48,985 nucleotides of DNA. Source: Dehalococcoidia bacterium (GTDB taxonomy: Bacteria > Chloroflexota > Dehalococcoidia > Dehalococcoidales > G020351185). Shown in pieces: positions 30,870-39,267 of this stretch. Position numbers and translations under genes: made by a program. The notes beneath the pieces are model-generated. The model did no database searches, was not told the DNA's origin, and saw only the letters and a list, made by a program, of their open reading frames with translations. Positions within the stretch are counted from its first letter, which is position 1, and each line of letters opens with the position of its first letter. Location: contig CP070729.1 in the NCBI GenBank assembly GCA_020351185.1, positions 1,314,077-1,363,061 on the forward strand, in the 5' to 3' direction.

Positions 30870-30898
30870 TTGACATTCAATCTTATTAAGTGTAATCT
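30870..30898 (+). promoter_or_regulatory. putative sigma-70 promoter of the Ala-rich protein gene
   Basis: TTGACA, 17 nt spacer, TAATCT. Confidence 0.3.
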
Positions 30899-31026
30899 CT
30901 ATTTTATATAGGAGTCTGCTTTAACTCAATATTATTTTTTAATATATTACTATGAATACTCATAGGACCATTGCTTTATTACCGCATTAGCTTTGTATGT
31001 TTTAACTAAATAAAAGGAGGCTATAA

Positions 31027-32970
31027 ATGGCCGAAAAAAACACTAGTAAAACCGACGCAAAAAATGTTGGACCACCGCCAAAAATACTAACGAAGCCATT
31101 GCCCATAATACTTGACGAAATGGAGGCTAACATAAAAGCAGCAGCTGAGGCAGCTAGAAGAGCTGAAAATGCTGCTATTAAAGCTAATGACGCAGCTAGA
31201 TCAGCTACGAAGGCCTCCAGCGAAGCTGAAAAAAGGGCAGAGGAAGCACGTAAAGCTGGTGAAACGGCAGCCCATAAGGCTACAGCAGCTGCTGCTAATG
31301 CTGCTGCAAAAGCCGAAAAAATAGCCCAAGCAGCGATAGCATCAGCTGAAAAAGCTGCTGCTGAAGCCGAAAAGGCAGATCGCGAAGCTCGAGAAGCAAG
31401 TCGAGAAGCTATAGAAGCGTCGGAGGCAGCTTCAAAATCAGCTGAAGAAGCTGCTCAGAAAGCCGAGGATGCGGCTATAAAAGCCGAGGATACAGCAAGA
31501 ACAGCAAAATCAGCCGCTGAAGAAGCTACCATAAAAGCTGAGGAAGCAAGTCGGGAAGCCATAGAAGCATCGGAATCAGCTTCAAGATCAGCCGATAATG
31601 CTGCACAAAGAGCCGAGGATGCGGCTATGAAAGCCGAGGATACAGCAAGAGCGGCAAAATACGCTGCTGAAGAAGCCACAGTGAAAGCTGAAGAGGTTGA
31701 GCTAGCAGCAAAAGAAACCGCAGCCGCCGCCTTAAAAGCAGCTGAAGATGCCGCCTTAAGGGCTGAAAACGCAGCCATTGCTGCAAAAGAGGCTGTAGAA
31801 CTCTCAATAGAAGCTGCCTCAACCGCAGGTAAGCATGCTGATGAAAGTACAAAATCAGCAAAAGCTGCGGGAGCAGAAGCTACCTCAACTTTAACAGTAG
31901 AATCTGCAAAAAAAGCCGATGAAAGTGGTAGGGAAGCCAAGAAAGCAGCCGCAACTGCCTTTCGTCTAGCCGAAGAAACAGCTAGAAAAGGTGAACTTGC
32001 CGATATAGCTGGTGATGAAGCCATTGATGCGGCTACTAGAGTTTCAGGGATCCTATCGGAAAGAATTGACGAAGCCGGTCAAGATGCAAAAACATCTGCA
32101 ATAAAAGCTGCTCGTATTTCAGATGAAATAACCAAGAAAGCCGAGCTAGCTGATATGGCAGGTGATGAAGCTCTAGCCGCGGCTGTTAAATCGATTGCCG
32201 AGCAGGCTGCTGGAAGAGCCACCGAAGCTGCTAAAATTTCAAAAGATGCAGCTGTCAGTTCTATCGAAGCTGCCAGAGCAGCAGCTAAGTTAGCAGAAGA
32301 AAAAATGCAGGCGGCTAAAGCAGCTGCTGAAGAAGCTGCTAAAAGCATGACCGTTGAAGCAGCTAGGAAAGCAGACGAAGCTGGTAAAGAAGCAAAAAGG
32401 GCAGCGGCAGCAGCTACTCGGTTAGCTCAAGAAGCAGCCAGAAAAGGCGAAATGGCCGGTATTGCCGGCGAAGAAGCCCTTGAAGCGGCAGCTCAGGTAT
32501 CCGGTGAACCAGCCGATAAAGCTGGTAAGGTAGGCAAGGAAGCCAAAGAAGTAGCAGCCGAGGCAGCTAGAGTTGCCGAAGAGACGGCCAAAATTGCTGA
32601 ACAAGCAGATCTGATAGCCGATGAAGCTATTGCAGCTGCTATTTCAGCTGCAGGAGGGCAAGCTATCGCCAAGGCAGAAGAAGCTAAGAGAGCAGCACAA
32701 CAGGCTACCGCTAGAGCCGAAGAAGTTGCTCGGGTAAGGGCTGAGGAAGCCAAAAAGGCAGCTCAGGAAGCAGCATCCAGAGCGGAAGAACTCGCTAAAG
32801 CAGCCCAAGAAGCTGCTGATATCGCTTTAGCCAAAGCTGAAGAAGCATTAGTAAAGAAGATAGTCAGGAAACTTACCCAATCAGAGTGGGTTGTATACGG
32901 AGCAATCATAATCCTAGCTATAATATTCGGTGCTGTCTTTCTTGCCGTAGCAATTGCTGGAGGTATTTAA
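31027..32970 (+). CDS. Ala/Glu/Lys-rich repetitive helical protein with C-terminal transmembrane tail anchor (647 aa)
   Basis: AAGGAGG lies 6 nt upstream of the ATG. There is no N-terminal signal peptide. About 600 aa of low-complexity A/E/K repeats end in WVVYGAIIILAIIFGAVFLAVAIAGGI. Confidence 0.7.
   Translation: MAEKNTSKTDAKNVGPPPKILTKPLPIILDEMEANIKAAAEAARRAENAAIKANDAARSATKASSEAEKRAEEARKAGETAAHKATAAAANAAAKAEKIAQAAIASAEKAAAEAEKADREAREASREAIEASEAASKSAEEAAQKAEDAAIKAEDTARTAKSAAEEATIKAEEASREAIEASESASRSADNAAQRAEDAAMKAEDTARAAKYAAEEATVKAEEVELAAKETAAAALKAAEDAALRAENAAIAAKEAVELSIEAASTAGKHADESTKSAKAAGAEATSTLTVESAKKADESGREAKKAAATAFRLAEETARKGELADIAGDEAIDAATRVSGILSERIDEAGQDAKTSAIKAARISDEITKKAELADMAGDEALAAAVKSIAEQAAGRATEAAKISKDAAVSSIEAARAAAKLAEEKMQAAKAAAEEAAKSMTVEAARKADEAGKEAKRAAAAATRLAQEAARKGEMAGIAGEEALEAAAQVSGEPADKAGKVGKEAKEVAAEAARVAEETAKIAEQADLIADEAIAAAISAAGGQAIAKAEEAKRAAQQATARAEEVARVRAEEAKKAAQEAASRAEELAKAAQEAADIALAKAEEALVKKIVRKLTQSEWVVYGAIIILAIIFGAVFLAVAIAGGI
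31393..31692 (+). repeat. 2 x 150-bp in-frame tandem repeat inside the Ala-rich gene
   Basis: Copy 1 starts at 31393 and copy 2 at 31543, both beginning gaagcaagtcg.gaagc.atagaagc. About 85% identity by eye. Each encodes a 50-aa unit, EASREAIEASE.AS.SA...AEDAA.KAEDTAR.AK.AAEEAT.KAE. Confidence 0.85.
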
Positions 32971-33039
32971 GTTAACGACATATAAAAAAATATAAATTTA
33001 CATAACAATAACATTTTTCTAAAATTTATTTTCCAGAAG

Positions 33040-33068
33040 TTGTTTCTAAAGGTAATAATTGCTATAAT
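33040..33068 (+). promoter_or_regulatory. putative sigma-70 promoter of thrS
   Basis: TTGTTT, 17 nt spacer, TATAAT. Confidence 0.35.
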
Positions 33069-33090
33069 TAAAACCAGTGGACCATAGGAA

Positions 33091-33126
33091 GCCTCTCGTT
33101 CCTTATTGGGTGAGGGGTTTTTCTTT
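33091..33126 (+). terminator. terminator-like hairpin in the thrS leader (possible attenuator)
   Basis: GCCTCTC, 14-nt loop, GAGGGGT, then TTTTCTTT. An alternative AGGAA/TTCCT hairpin (33086-33103) is mutually exclusive with it. Confidence 0.3.
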
Positions 33127-33166
33127 AAATAATCTTCAATAACTACTGTAAGATTACGTACAGGCA

Positions 33167-34897
33167 GTGAATATGAATATCGATACCATACGGCACTCAG
33201 CAGCACATGTAATGGCTGAGGCTGTACTTTCCTTATTTCCCAATGCTAAATTCGGCATAGGTCCTTCAATTAGCAACGGTTTTTATTATGACTTTGAACT
33301 GCCACGTTCTTTAACTACTGACGATATTCCAATCATAACTGATAAGATGAATGAAATAATAAACAAAGATTTACCTTTTAAAAAAGAAGAAGTAAATAAA
33401 GAAAATGCAAGGCAGATTTTTTCTTCACAACCTTACAAACTTGAACTTATTGATGAAATTGAAGAAAACATGGTAAGTCTTTATAGTCAGGGAGAATTCA
33501 CTGATCTATGTAGGGGTCCTCATGTTGAATCTACAGGCAAGATAAAGGCTTTTAAATTACTGAGCATTGCTGGGGCATATTGGCGTGGAGATGAAAACAA
33601 TCAGATGCTGCAGCGAATATATGGTACGGCGTTTGAGTCTAAAGATACCCTTGATGATTACATAAGAAAGCTGAATGAAGCCGGTAAACGCGATCACAGA
33701 AAGTTAGGAAAGGAACTCGATCTTTTTAGCATCAATGAAGAATGTGGGTCAGGGTTAGTTTTGTGGCATCCTTTAGGTGCAACCATACGCCGTATTATTG
33801 AACAATTCTGGAAGGATGAACATCTTAAAAGAGGTTATGACATACTTTATACTCCACATATAGCAAAACTGGGTTTGTGGAAAACGAGCGGCCATTGGAA
33901 ATTCTACCGGGATAATATGTATAGTCCGATGGAGGTTGATGAAGAAGAATATATCATCAAACCAATGAATTGTGTTTATCATATTCTTATATATAAAACA
34001 AGACTACGGAGTTATCGCGAATTACCATTAAGGTGGGCAGAGTTAGGTACCGTTTATCGCTATGAACGCTCAGGTGTACTGCATGGTTTGTCCCGTGTAA
34101 GGGGTTTTACGCAAGACGATGCTCATATATTCTGTCGCTTTGAACAGCTTGAGGATGAGGTTGTTGAAGTATTGGATTTAGCATTACTAATGATAGATAC
34201 TTTTGGTTTTAATAAATACAAAATTTTACTTTCCACTCGACCTGAAAAATATGCGGGTACAATAGATATGTGGCAGAAATCAACAGATATATTATCGATA
34301 GCTTTAGAGCGCAAGAAATGCGCCTATGAAATAGATCCCGGTGAGGGTGTATTTTATGGGCCAAAAATAGATATAAAGTTTGAAGATGCCATTGGTAGAG
34401 CGTGGCAAGGGCCTACTATACAAGTTGATTTTAACTTACCCAAACGATTCGAAGTTACATATATTGGTGATGATGGAAAGGAGCAACCTATAGCCATGGT
34501 ACACCGAACCGTACTCGGTAGCATGGAACGTTTCCTAGCGTCTTTAATCGAACATTATGGTGGTGCTTTTCCAACTTGGCTTTCACCGGTTCAAGTGACT
34601 ATCATACCCGTGGCTGACCGACATCTAAATTATGCTTACGAACTTGAGTCAAACCTCAAGAAAGATGATATACGCACTGAAATTGCCCACCAACAGGGTA
34701 CGGTGAATAATAAAATACGCCAGGCTCAAAATCGAAAAATACCATATATGCTCATAGTCGGAGATAGAGAAATGACCGATACTAACGTCTCCGTCCGGCT
34801 GCGAAATGGCACACAAAAAAATGACATACCCTTTAGTAAATTCAAAGAAGTGATAACCAAAACAATCAGAGAAAAAGGTAAAGAATTAAATATCTAA
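33167..34897 (+). CDS. thrS: threonine--tRNA ligase lacking the N-terminal TGS domain
   Basis: Begins directly at the editing-domain HSAAHVMAEAV motif, followed by class II core motifs and an anticodon-binding domain. Start is GTG 33167 or ATG 33173. Confidence 0.95.
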   Translation: MNMNIDTIRHSAAHVMAEAVLSLFPNAKFGIGPSISNGFYYDFELPRSLTTDDIPIITDKMNEIINKDLPFKKEEVNKENARQIFSSQPYKLELIDEIEENMVSLYSQGEFTDLCRGPHVESTGKIKAFKLLSIAGAYWRGDENNQMLQRIYGTAFESKDTLDDYIRKLNEAGKRDHRKLGKELDLFSINEECGSGLVLWHPLGATIRRIIEQFWKDEHLKRGYDILYTPHIAKLGLWKTSGHWKFYRDNMYSPMEVDEEEYIIKPMNCVYHILIYKTRLRSYRELPLRWAELGTVYRYERSGVLHGLSRVRGFTQDDAHIFCRFEQLEDEVVEVLDLALLMIDTFGFNKYKILLSTRPEKYAGTIDMWQKSTDILSIALERKKCAYEIDPGEGVFYGPKIDIKFEDAIGRAWQGPTIQVDFNLPKRFEVTYIGDDGKEQPIAMVHRTVLGSMERFLASLIEHYGGAFPTWLSPVQVTIIPVADRHLNYAYELESNLKKDDIRTEIAHQQGTVNNKIRQAQNRKIPYMLIVGDREMTDTNVSVRLRNGTQKNDIPFSKFKEVITKTIREKGKELNI

Positions 34898-34967
34898 TTT
34901 GCTAGCTACGCTAGATTATGCTATAGTCCATTACATATCTTGATTAAGTCAGGAGGTAACTGAAAAC

Positions 34968-35540
34968 ATATTTAAAGAGCTACGCGTTAATGAAATGATC
35001 AGGGCTAGAGAAGTTCGCCTGGTAGGGGAAAGGGGTGAACAGCTCGGTGTAATGCCTTTGTATCAGGCACGCGAAGTAGCACAGAAACATAGTCTTGACC
35101 TTGTTGAAGTAGCAAGAATGGCGGTACCACCAGTATGCCGTTTGATGGACTATGGTAAATATAAATACCTCCAAACAAAGAAAGATCGTGAAGCCCGAAG
35201 AAGCCAGAAGACTGCTACACTCAGAGAAGTCCGTTTGCGTCCGAAAATAGGTGAACACGATTTCAATGCGAAAGCTAGAAAAGCAAAAAGTCTATTGGAA
35301 GACGGAGATAAGGTAAAGATAACCATAATGTTTCGTGGTCGTGAAAATACCCATCCAGAAATCGGATTGAAGTTACTCGATAGAATGTGGGAGGGTTTGA
35401 AGGAGATATCATCAATTGAAAAACAGCCTACAAGAGAGGGAGCCAGACTTCACATAATCTTGACACCAGTTTCAAACAAGAAAACAAAAGCTAAAGAAGA
35501 AATGGATAAGGAACAAGATGCCAAAACTGAAAACACATAA
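34968..35540 (+). CDS. infC: translation initiation factor IF-3, probable non-canonical ATA start
   Basis: The conserved VNEMIRAREVRL block extends upstream of the first ATG (34995). The frame is open only from 34944. ATA at 34968 is the only AUN codon, and AGGAGG lies at 34951-34956. Confidence 0.85.
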   Translation: MFKELRVNEMIRAREVRLVGERGEQLGVMPLYQAREVAQKHSLDLVEVARMAVPPVCRLMDYGKYKYLQTKKDREARRSQKTATLREVRLRPKIGEHDFNAKARKAKSLLEDGDKVKITIMFRGRENTHPEIGLKLLDRMWEGLKEISSIEKQPTREGARLHIILTPVSNKKTKAKEEMDKEQDAKTENT

Positions 35541-35721
35541 GGGAGCTCAGAGTCGCTTTCATATTACTGGCAGTGGTAAAATTATGCGTACCAAAGGTGG
35601 CAAAAGCCACTTGAGAAGACGAAAATCGAGCCGCTCTAAACGGCTATTTGATGAGACAATACCCCTACACCCCCACGATAGAATACGGGTAAGAAGGCTC
35701 TTACCATACGGTGTTAAATAG
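35518..35721 (+). CDS. rpmI: 50S ribosomal protein L35
   Basis: MPKLKTHKGAQSRF is canonical L35. Overlaps the infC 3' end. Confidence 0.9.
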   Translation: MPKLKTHKGAQSRFHITGSGKIMRTKGGKSHLRRRKSSRSKRLFDETIPLHPHDRIRVRRLLPYGVK

Positions 35722-35734
35722 ATAGGAGGTCATT

Positions 35735-36085
35735 TTGTCACGAGTAAAAAAGGGTGTGACTAAACATAGAAGACATAAAAAAGTAATCTCAATGACGAAA
35801 GGCCAAAGAGCAACCAGACATTCTCTTTACAAACGCGCTCATGAAGCTATGCTGCATTCATTAAGTTATGCCTATAACCACCGCCGAGAGCGCAAGGGTG
35901 ACATGAGACGTCTTTGGATCTCGCGTATCAATGCCGCTAGTAGAGCCAATGGGATAACCTATAACAAACTGATAGACAGCCTGCAAAAAGCCAATATTGT
36001 AATCAACCGTAAAATGCTAGCTGAAATAGCTGTCAGAGAACCTGATACCTTTGCCTTGCTTACAAATCTAAGTCAGAAAAATTAG
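35735..36085 (+). CDS. rplT: 50S ribosomal protein L20
   Basis: TTG start after AGGAGG. SRVKKGVTKHRRHKK...YAYNHRRERKGDMRRLWISRINAA is canonical L20. Confidence 0.95.
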   Translation: MSRVKKGVTKHRRHKKVISMTKGQRATRHSLYKRAHEAMLHSLSYAYNHRRERKGDMRRLWISRINAASRANGITYNKLIDSLQKANIVINRKMLAEIAVREPDTFALLTNLSQKN

Positions 36086-36249
36086 ACAACCAACAACCTT
36101 AGTTTGACAGGGTCATAATTAATAGCCAATCTTGTTGTATAATCGGTTGCGTCAGTAAAGCTTTATTGATTCGAATATCTGCCCCATCCACAGCACACAA
36201 ATATTGACACCAAAAAACAGCCCACTTAAAATTAAGCTGGAGTACCATA

Positions 36250-37662
36250 TTGGCATCCAGTAAAGAGCGGATTTACGCTAAAGCTGTACGCCGCGCAATA
36301 ACTGCGGTTATCTCTGAATTAAATCTCAATGAAACATTAGCCGTTATTGTCAGGAGCACTGCCAGATCAATGAAAGCCGGCGCATCGTTGGTATTGCTTG
36401 ATGCTAACGGCAAAAAGTTGATGCACAGTATTACTTGGGGATTACCTCGTTTCTACATCCAAAAGGGCATACCAGATGCTCACCGAAGCCTCTCCGAAGT
36501 AGTTTGTGGAAAGACAATTATTATAGAAGATGTTTCACATGACAGCCGGATACAGTATCACCGCATGGCAATAAATGCTGGGATTGTATCCATCATCGGT
36601 ACTCCCATAATTATTGATGGATTACCTATAGGAAGTATCCGTGTTTATACGAAACAGCCCTGTGAGTGCAGCAAGCAGGATATCGGTTTTATTGAAACGA
36701 TCGCCAGTTTAATCGCAATAGCCTTTAAAGTGCACCTTCCAATTAAAGAAAAAAACCAAATAAAGAAAATAAAGCATGTACAACCGGTTACTTTTGCACA
36801 TCCCAGCGAAAAAGAGTTTGCCCGCATACTCGATTTCTATAACATGGAGTGGGTTTATGAACCGCGTTCTTTTCCGCTTAAATGGAATGGTGATAGAGTA
36901 ACCGAAATGTTTACTCCCGATTTTTATTTGCCAGGTCTTGATCTATACGTGGAAATAACGACACTAAAACAGAGCCTAGTTACAAATAAAAACCGTAAAC
37001 TTAGAAAGCTCAGAGAGATGTACCCAGATATTAATATAAACCTACTATACAAAAACGACTATAACCACTTACTAGCAAAGTACGGTGTTGGTCCGCTTTC
37101 ACAAACTAGAGCCCGCGGTATCAAGCGAATATTGTACTCAGCTGATGATATAAAAAGCCGAGTGATTGAACTAGCCGAAAAAATTTCAAAGGATTATAAA
37201 GATCGCCATCCGATTCTTGTGGGAATACAGCGAGGATTTATCTGCTTTATGGCCGACCTTATACGACAAATAACGGTTCCCCTTGATCTCGATTTTATTG
37301 CAATATCATACTACACTGGTGACGGTGATTCAGTGGTAAAAATTACTAAGGATATGGATTTGAAAATAGCTGGTCGGGATGTAATTGTAGTGGAAGACAT
37401 AGTCGATACTGGTATAACTTTGAATTATATCCTTAACCATCTAAAAACAAAAAAACCAACTAGCTTGGCAATATGTACTCTACTAGATAGGCAAATACGA
37501 CGGATTGTTAAACTACCAATCGATTATACAGGTTTCGAATTACCGGATGAGTTTGTGGTGGGTTATGGCCTAGATTACAAAGAGGAGTATAGAAATCTTC
37601 CTTTTATTGCTATACCCGATATAAAAAAGCCACAGCTAAAGAAAAACCACAATCCCCCGTAG
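36250..37662 (+). CDS. three-module fusion: N-terminal GAF-like domain, central PD-(D/E)xK-like domain, C-terminal hypoxanthine phosphoribosyltransferase
   Basis: The C-terminal ~175 aa align to Hpt, including the PRPP loop VIVVEDIVDTGITL and DEFVVGYGLDY. Residues ~20-160 resemble a GAF domain. Residues ~180-285 carry EFA..L...W.YEP...FTPDFYLP...LYVEIT. Confidence 0.75.
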   Translation: MASSKERIYAKAVRRAITAVISELNLNETLAVIVRSTARSMKAGASLVLLDANGKKLMHSITWGLPRFYIQKGIPDAHRSLSEVVCGKTIIIEDVSHDSRIQYHRMAINAGIVSIIGTPIIIDGLPIGSIRVYTKQPCECSKQDIGFIETIASLIAIAFKVHLPIKEKNQIKKIKHVQPVTFAHPSEKEFARILDFYNMEWVYEPRSFPLKWNGDRVTEMFTPDFYLPGLDLYVEITTLKQSLVTNKNRKLRKLREMYPDININLLYKNDYNHLLAKYGVGPLSQTRARGIKRILYSADDIKSRVIELAEKISKDYKDRHPILVGIQRGFICFMADLIRQITVPLDLDFIAISYYTGDGDSVVKITKDMDLKIAGRDVIVVEDIVDTGITLNYILNHLKTKKPTSLAICTLLDRQIRRIVKLPIDYTGFELPDEFVVGYGLDYKEEYRNLPFIAIPDIKKPQLKKNHNPP

Positions 37663-38031
37663 TCGCGATAGGGTCACAAAAAAGAACCCCAGGTAACCTT
37701 TGCTTCCGGGATTTCCACTTGAAACGCACTTTTCAGATCTCACCGAAGTGTTTCACTTACTCTGGCGCCCCTCAGGTGGTTATCACCAATGCTTCAACTA
37801 CCTGGAGCATAGAAAGTGTGTCATATCCTATTTAAAGAGTCAAAGTGATTAAGCTCATAAGAGGGGTATTGGGCGGGTTATTTTATTTTTAACTAATCTA
37901 CAAAACTCTCCCATTCTCCCTTTTTTGTAGAGCTTATGACCGATAAATTTTATAGTATTAAAATACAATAAATAAAACTGTCTATAAGCAAAAGCAATTC
38001 AATTATTTTTAGATTCACAATTCTTTTTGGT

Positions 38032-38979
38032 TTATATTAGAGACTCTATCGTCTTACTACACTTGATAAGAGTCTGTTTAATGTATTTATAAATTGCTTG
38101 TGGAATGTCGACTTCACAGCACTTTTCCAACCCCTGAAAACCGGGTGATGAATTAGCTTCGCATATCTTGAACCGCTTACCGTCAAATAACAAATCAATA
38201 CCGGCTACTTCTAATCCAAGAATCTTGGAGGCTTTGGAGGCTAATTTATTTATTTCTGGCGTAAGCTCAATTTTTTTCACAGAACTACCCTGAGAATAAT
38301 TTGCTTTAAGGCGTCCCCGTTTTGACTTTCTCTCCATACAAGCTATAGCATGGCCCCCAATGGTAAATACTCGCAAATCCCTTCCTTTGCTCAGCGAGAC
38401 GAATTCCTGCAGTATTATATTTGCTTTACTATTAGCCGCCTCTATAAGTTGCATAAGATCTTCAAAGCGAGTTTTAGAAACGGCTAGAAATACGCCTATA
38501 CCCTGCGCTCCTGAAAGGGGTTTTACAATTAGCGGAAATCCAAGGTATCTAGAAACTATGTCAGTATTAACTGGAAATTTGACCAGCATCGTTTTGGGTA
38601 CTGGTAGGTTGTGTTTTGCTAGTAACTGCTGTGTAAACAGCTTATCTTTGACTCTCTCTATACTTTCAGATGAATTAAAAGACCTAACTCCCAAACCTTC
38701 CAGGTGGCGTATTACAGCCAGTGTGAAATATGTGGTACCGGCGCCAGTTCTAGGTAGAATGAAATCAGGTAAAGGAACAGCCTCACCATCCACCAGTATC
38801 CTTTTTTCTTGCTCCTTATTGACAACCAAGTCAAATTGCTCCGGTCTGTAGGTTCGAAGTTCAATTCGTGCCCGTTCTGCTACTTGGGCAAGGCGTTTTC
38901 GGCTGTAAACATCCGGTTTTGCGCTGCCAGCGGTCTCTTGATAAAGAAGCCAACCTTTAATTTTTTGATCCTGTATCAA
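38032..38979 (-). CDS. RimK-family ATP-grasp ligase (alpha-L-glutamate ligase-like)
   Basis: VKPLSGAQGIGV, DLRVFTIGG, and NYSQGSS...AGIDLLF...EANSSPGFQGLE ATP-grasp motifs. Confidence 0.75.
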   Translation of the reverse strand: MIQDQKIKGWLLYQETAGSAKPDVYSRKRLAQVAERARIELRTYRPEQFDLVVNKEQEKRILVDGEAVPLPDFILPRTGAGTTYFTLAVIRHLEGLGVRSFNSSESIERVKDKLFTQQLLAKHNLPVPKTMLVKFPVNTDIVSRYLGFPLIVKPLSGAQGIGVFLAVSKTRFEDLMQLIEAANSKANIILQEFVSLSKGRDLRVFTIGGHAIACMERKSKRGRLKANYSQGSSVKKIELTPEINKLASKASKILGLEVAGIDLLFDGKRFKICEANSSPGFQGLEKCCEVDIPQAIYKYIKQTLIKCSKTIESLI

Positions 38980-39231
38980 TTATTTCCTTTAAAACCCTAA
39001 AACTAGCGAAGATATCCTAGTTCTAAAGTAGGGAATTGTCAATAGTCGCAATATCACAAATTCGAAAACCACATAAGGTGTAATGATGCTTGAATCCTTA
39101 GTTTTAACATGATTTCCCCGATCGTCGATGCATAAAAGGTTATCACTATGTTGTAAAATTAGAAAAATCCCTAGAAATCAAATGGATAAGATTCATGAAG
39201 AAAAGATTCTGTATATATTACTACACATTAC

Positions 39232-39260
39232 TTGACAAATCGATAGAAATGTTCGATAAT
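39232..39260 (+). promoter_or_regulatory. putative sigma-70 promoter of the ars operon, giving a leaderless or near-leaderless arsR mRNA
   Basis: TTGACA, 17 nt spacer, GATAAT. The -10 element ends 7 nt before the arsR ATG and there is no SD. TCGATA/TCGAA repeats overlap the promoter. Confidence 0.45.
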
Positions 39261-39267
39261 ACTAAAT

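Noticed and set aside
31455-32753. Several antisense or out-of-frame ORFs inside the Ala-rich gene (31455-32024, 31625-31861, 32079-32348, 32422-32604, 32493-32753, all minus strand).
   Set aside because: They are by-products of the GCN/GAR codon periodicity of the plus-strand gene and translate to Ala/Ser/Leu low-complexity strings. Only the plus-strand ORF has an SD, an ATG start and a sensible TM anchor.
33069-33166. T-box riboswitch upstream of thrS.
   Set aside because: There is only a weak resemblance (AGTGGACCA against GGTGGTACC). The leader downstream of the best promoter is about 95 nt, with no room for Stem I or a specifier loop. The AT-rich sequence further upstream has no stem potential. 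It is kept only as a generic attenuator candidate.
37678-37807. Identification of the structured spacer element as SRP (4.5S) RNA or 6S RNA.
   Set aside because: It contains GGAAGCA, but the flanking sequence does not reproduce the conserved domain IV pattern (GGUCCGGAAGGAAGCAGCC) or its symmetric loop. There is no 6S-like central bubble either. It is reported only as an unclassified candidate.
38360-38851. 163-aa plus-strand ORF.
   Set aside because: It is antisense within the RimK-like ATP-grasp gene, whose motifs are clear.
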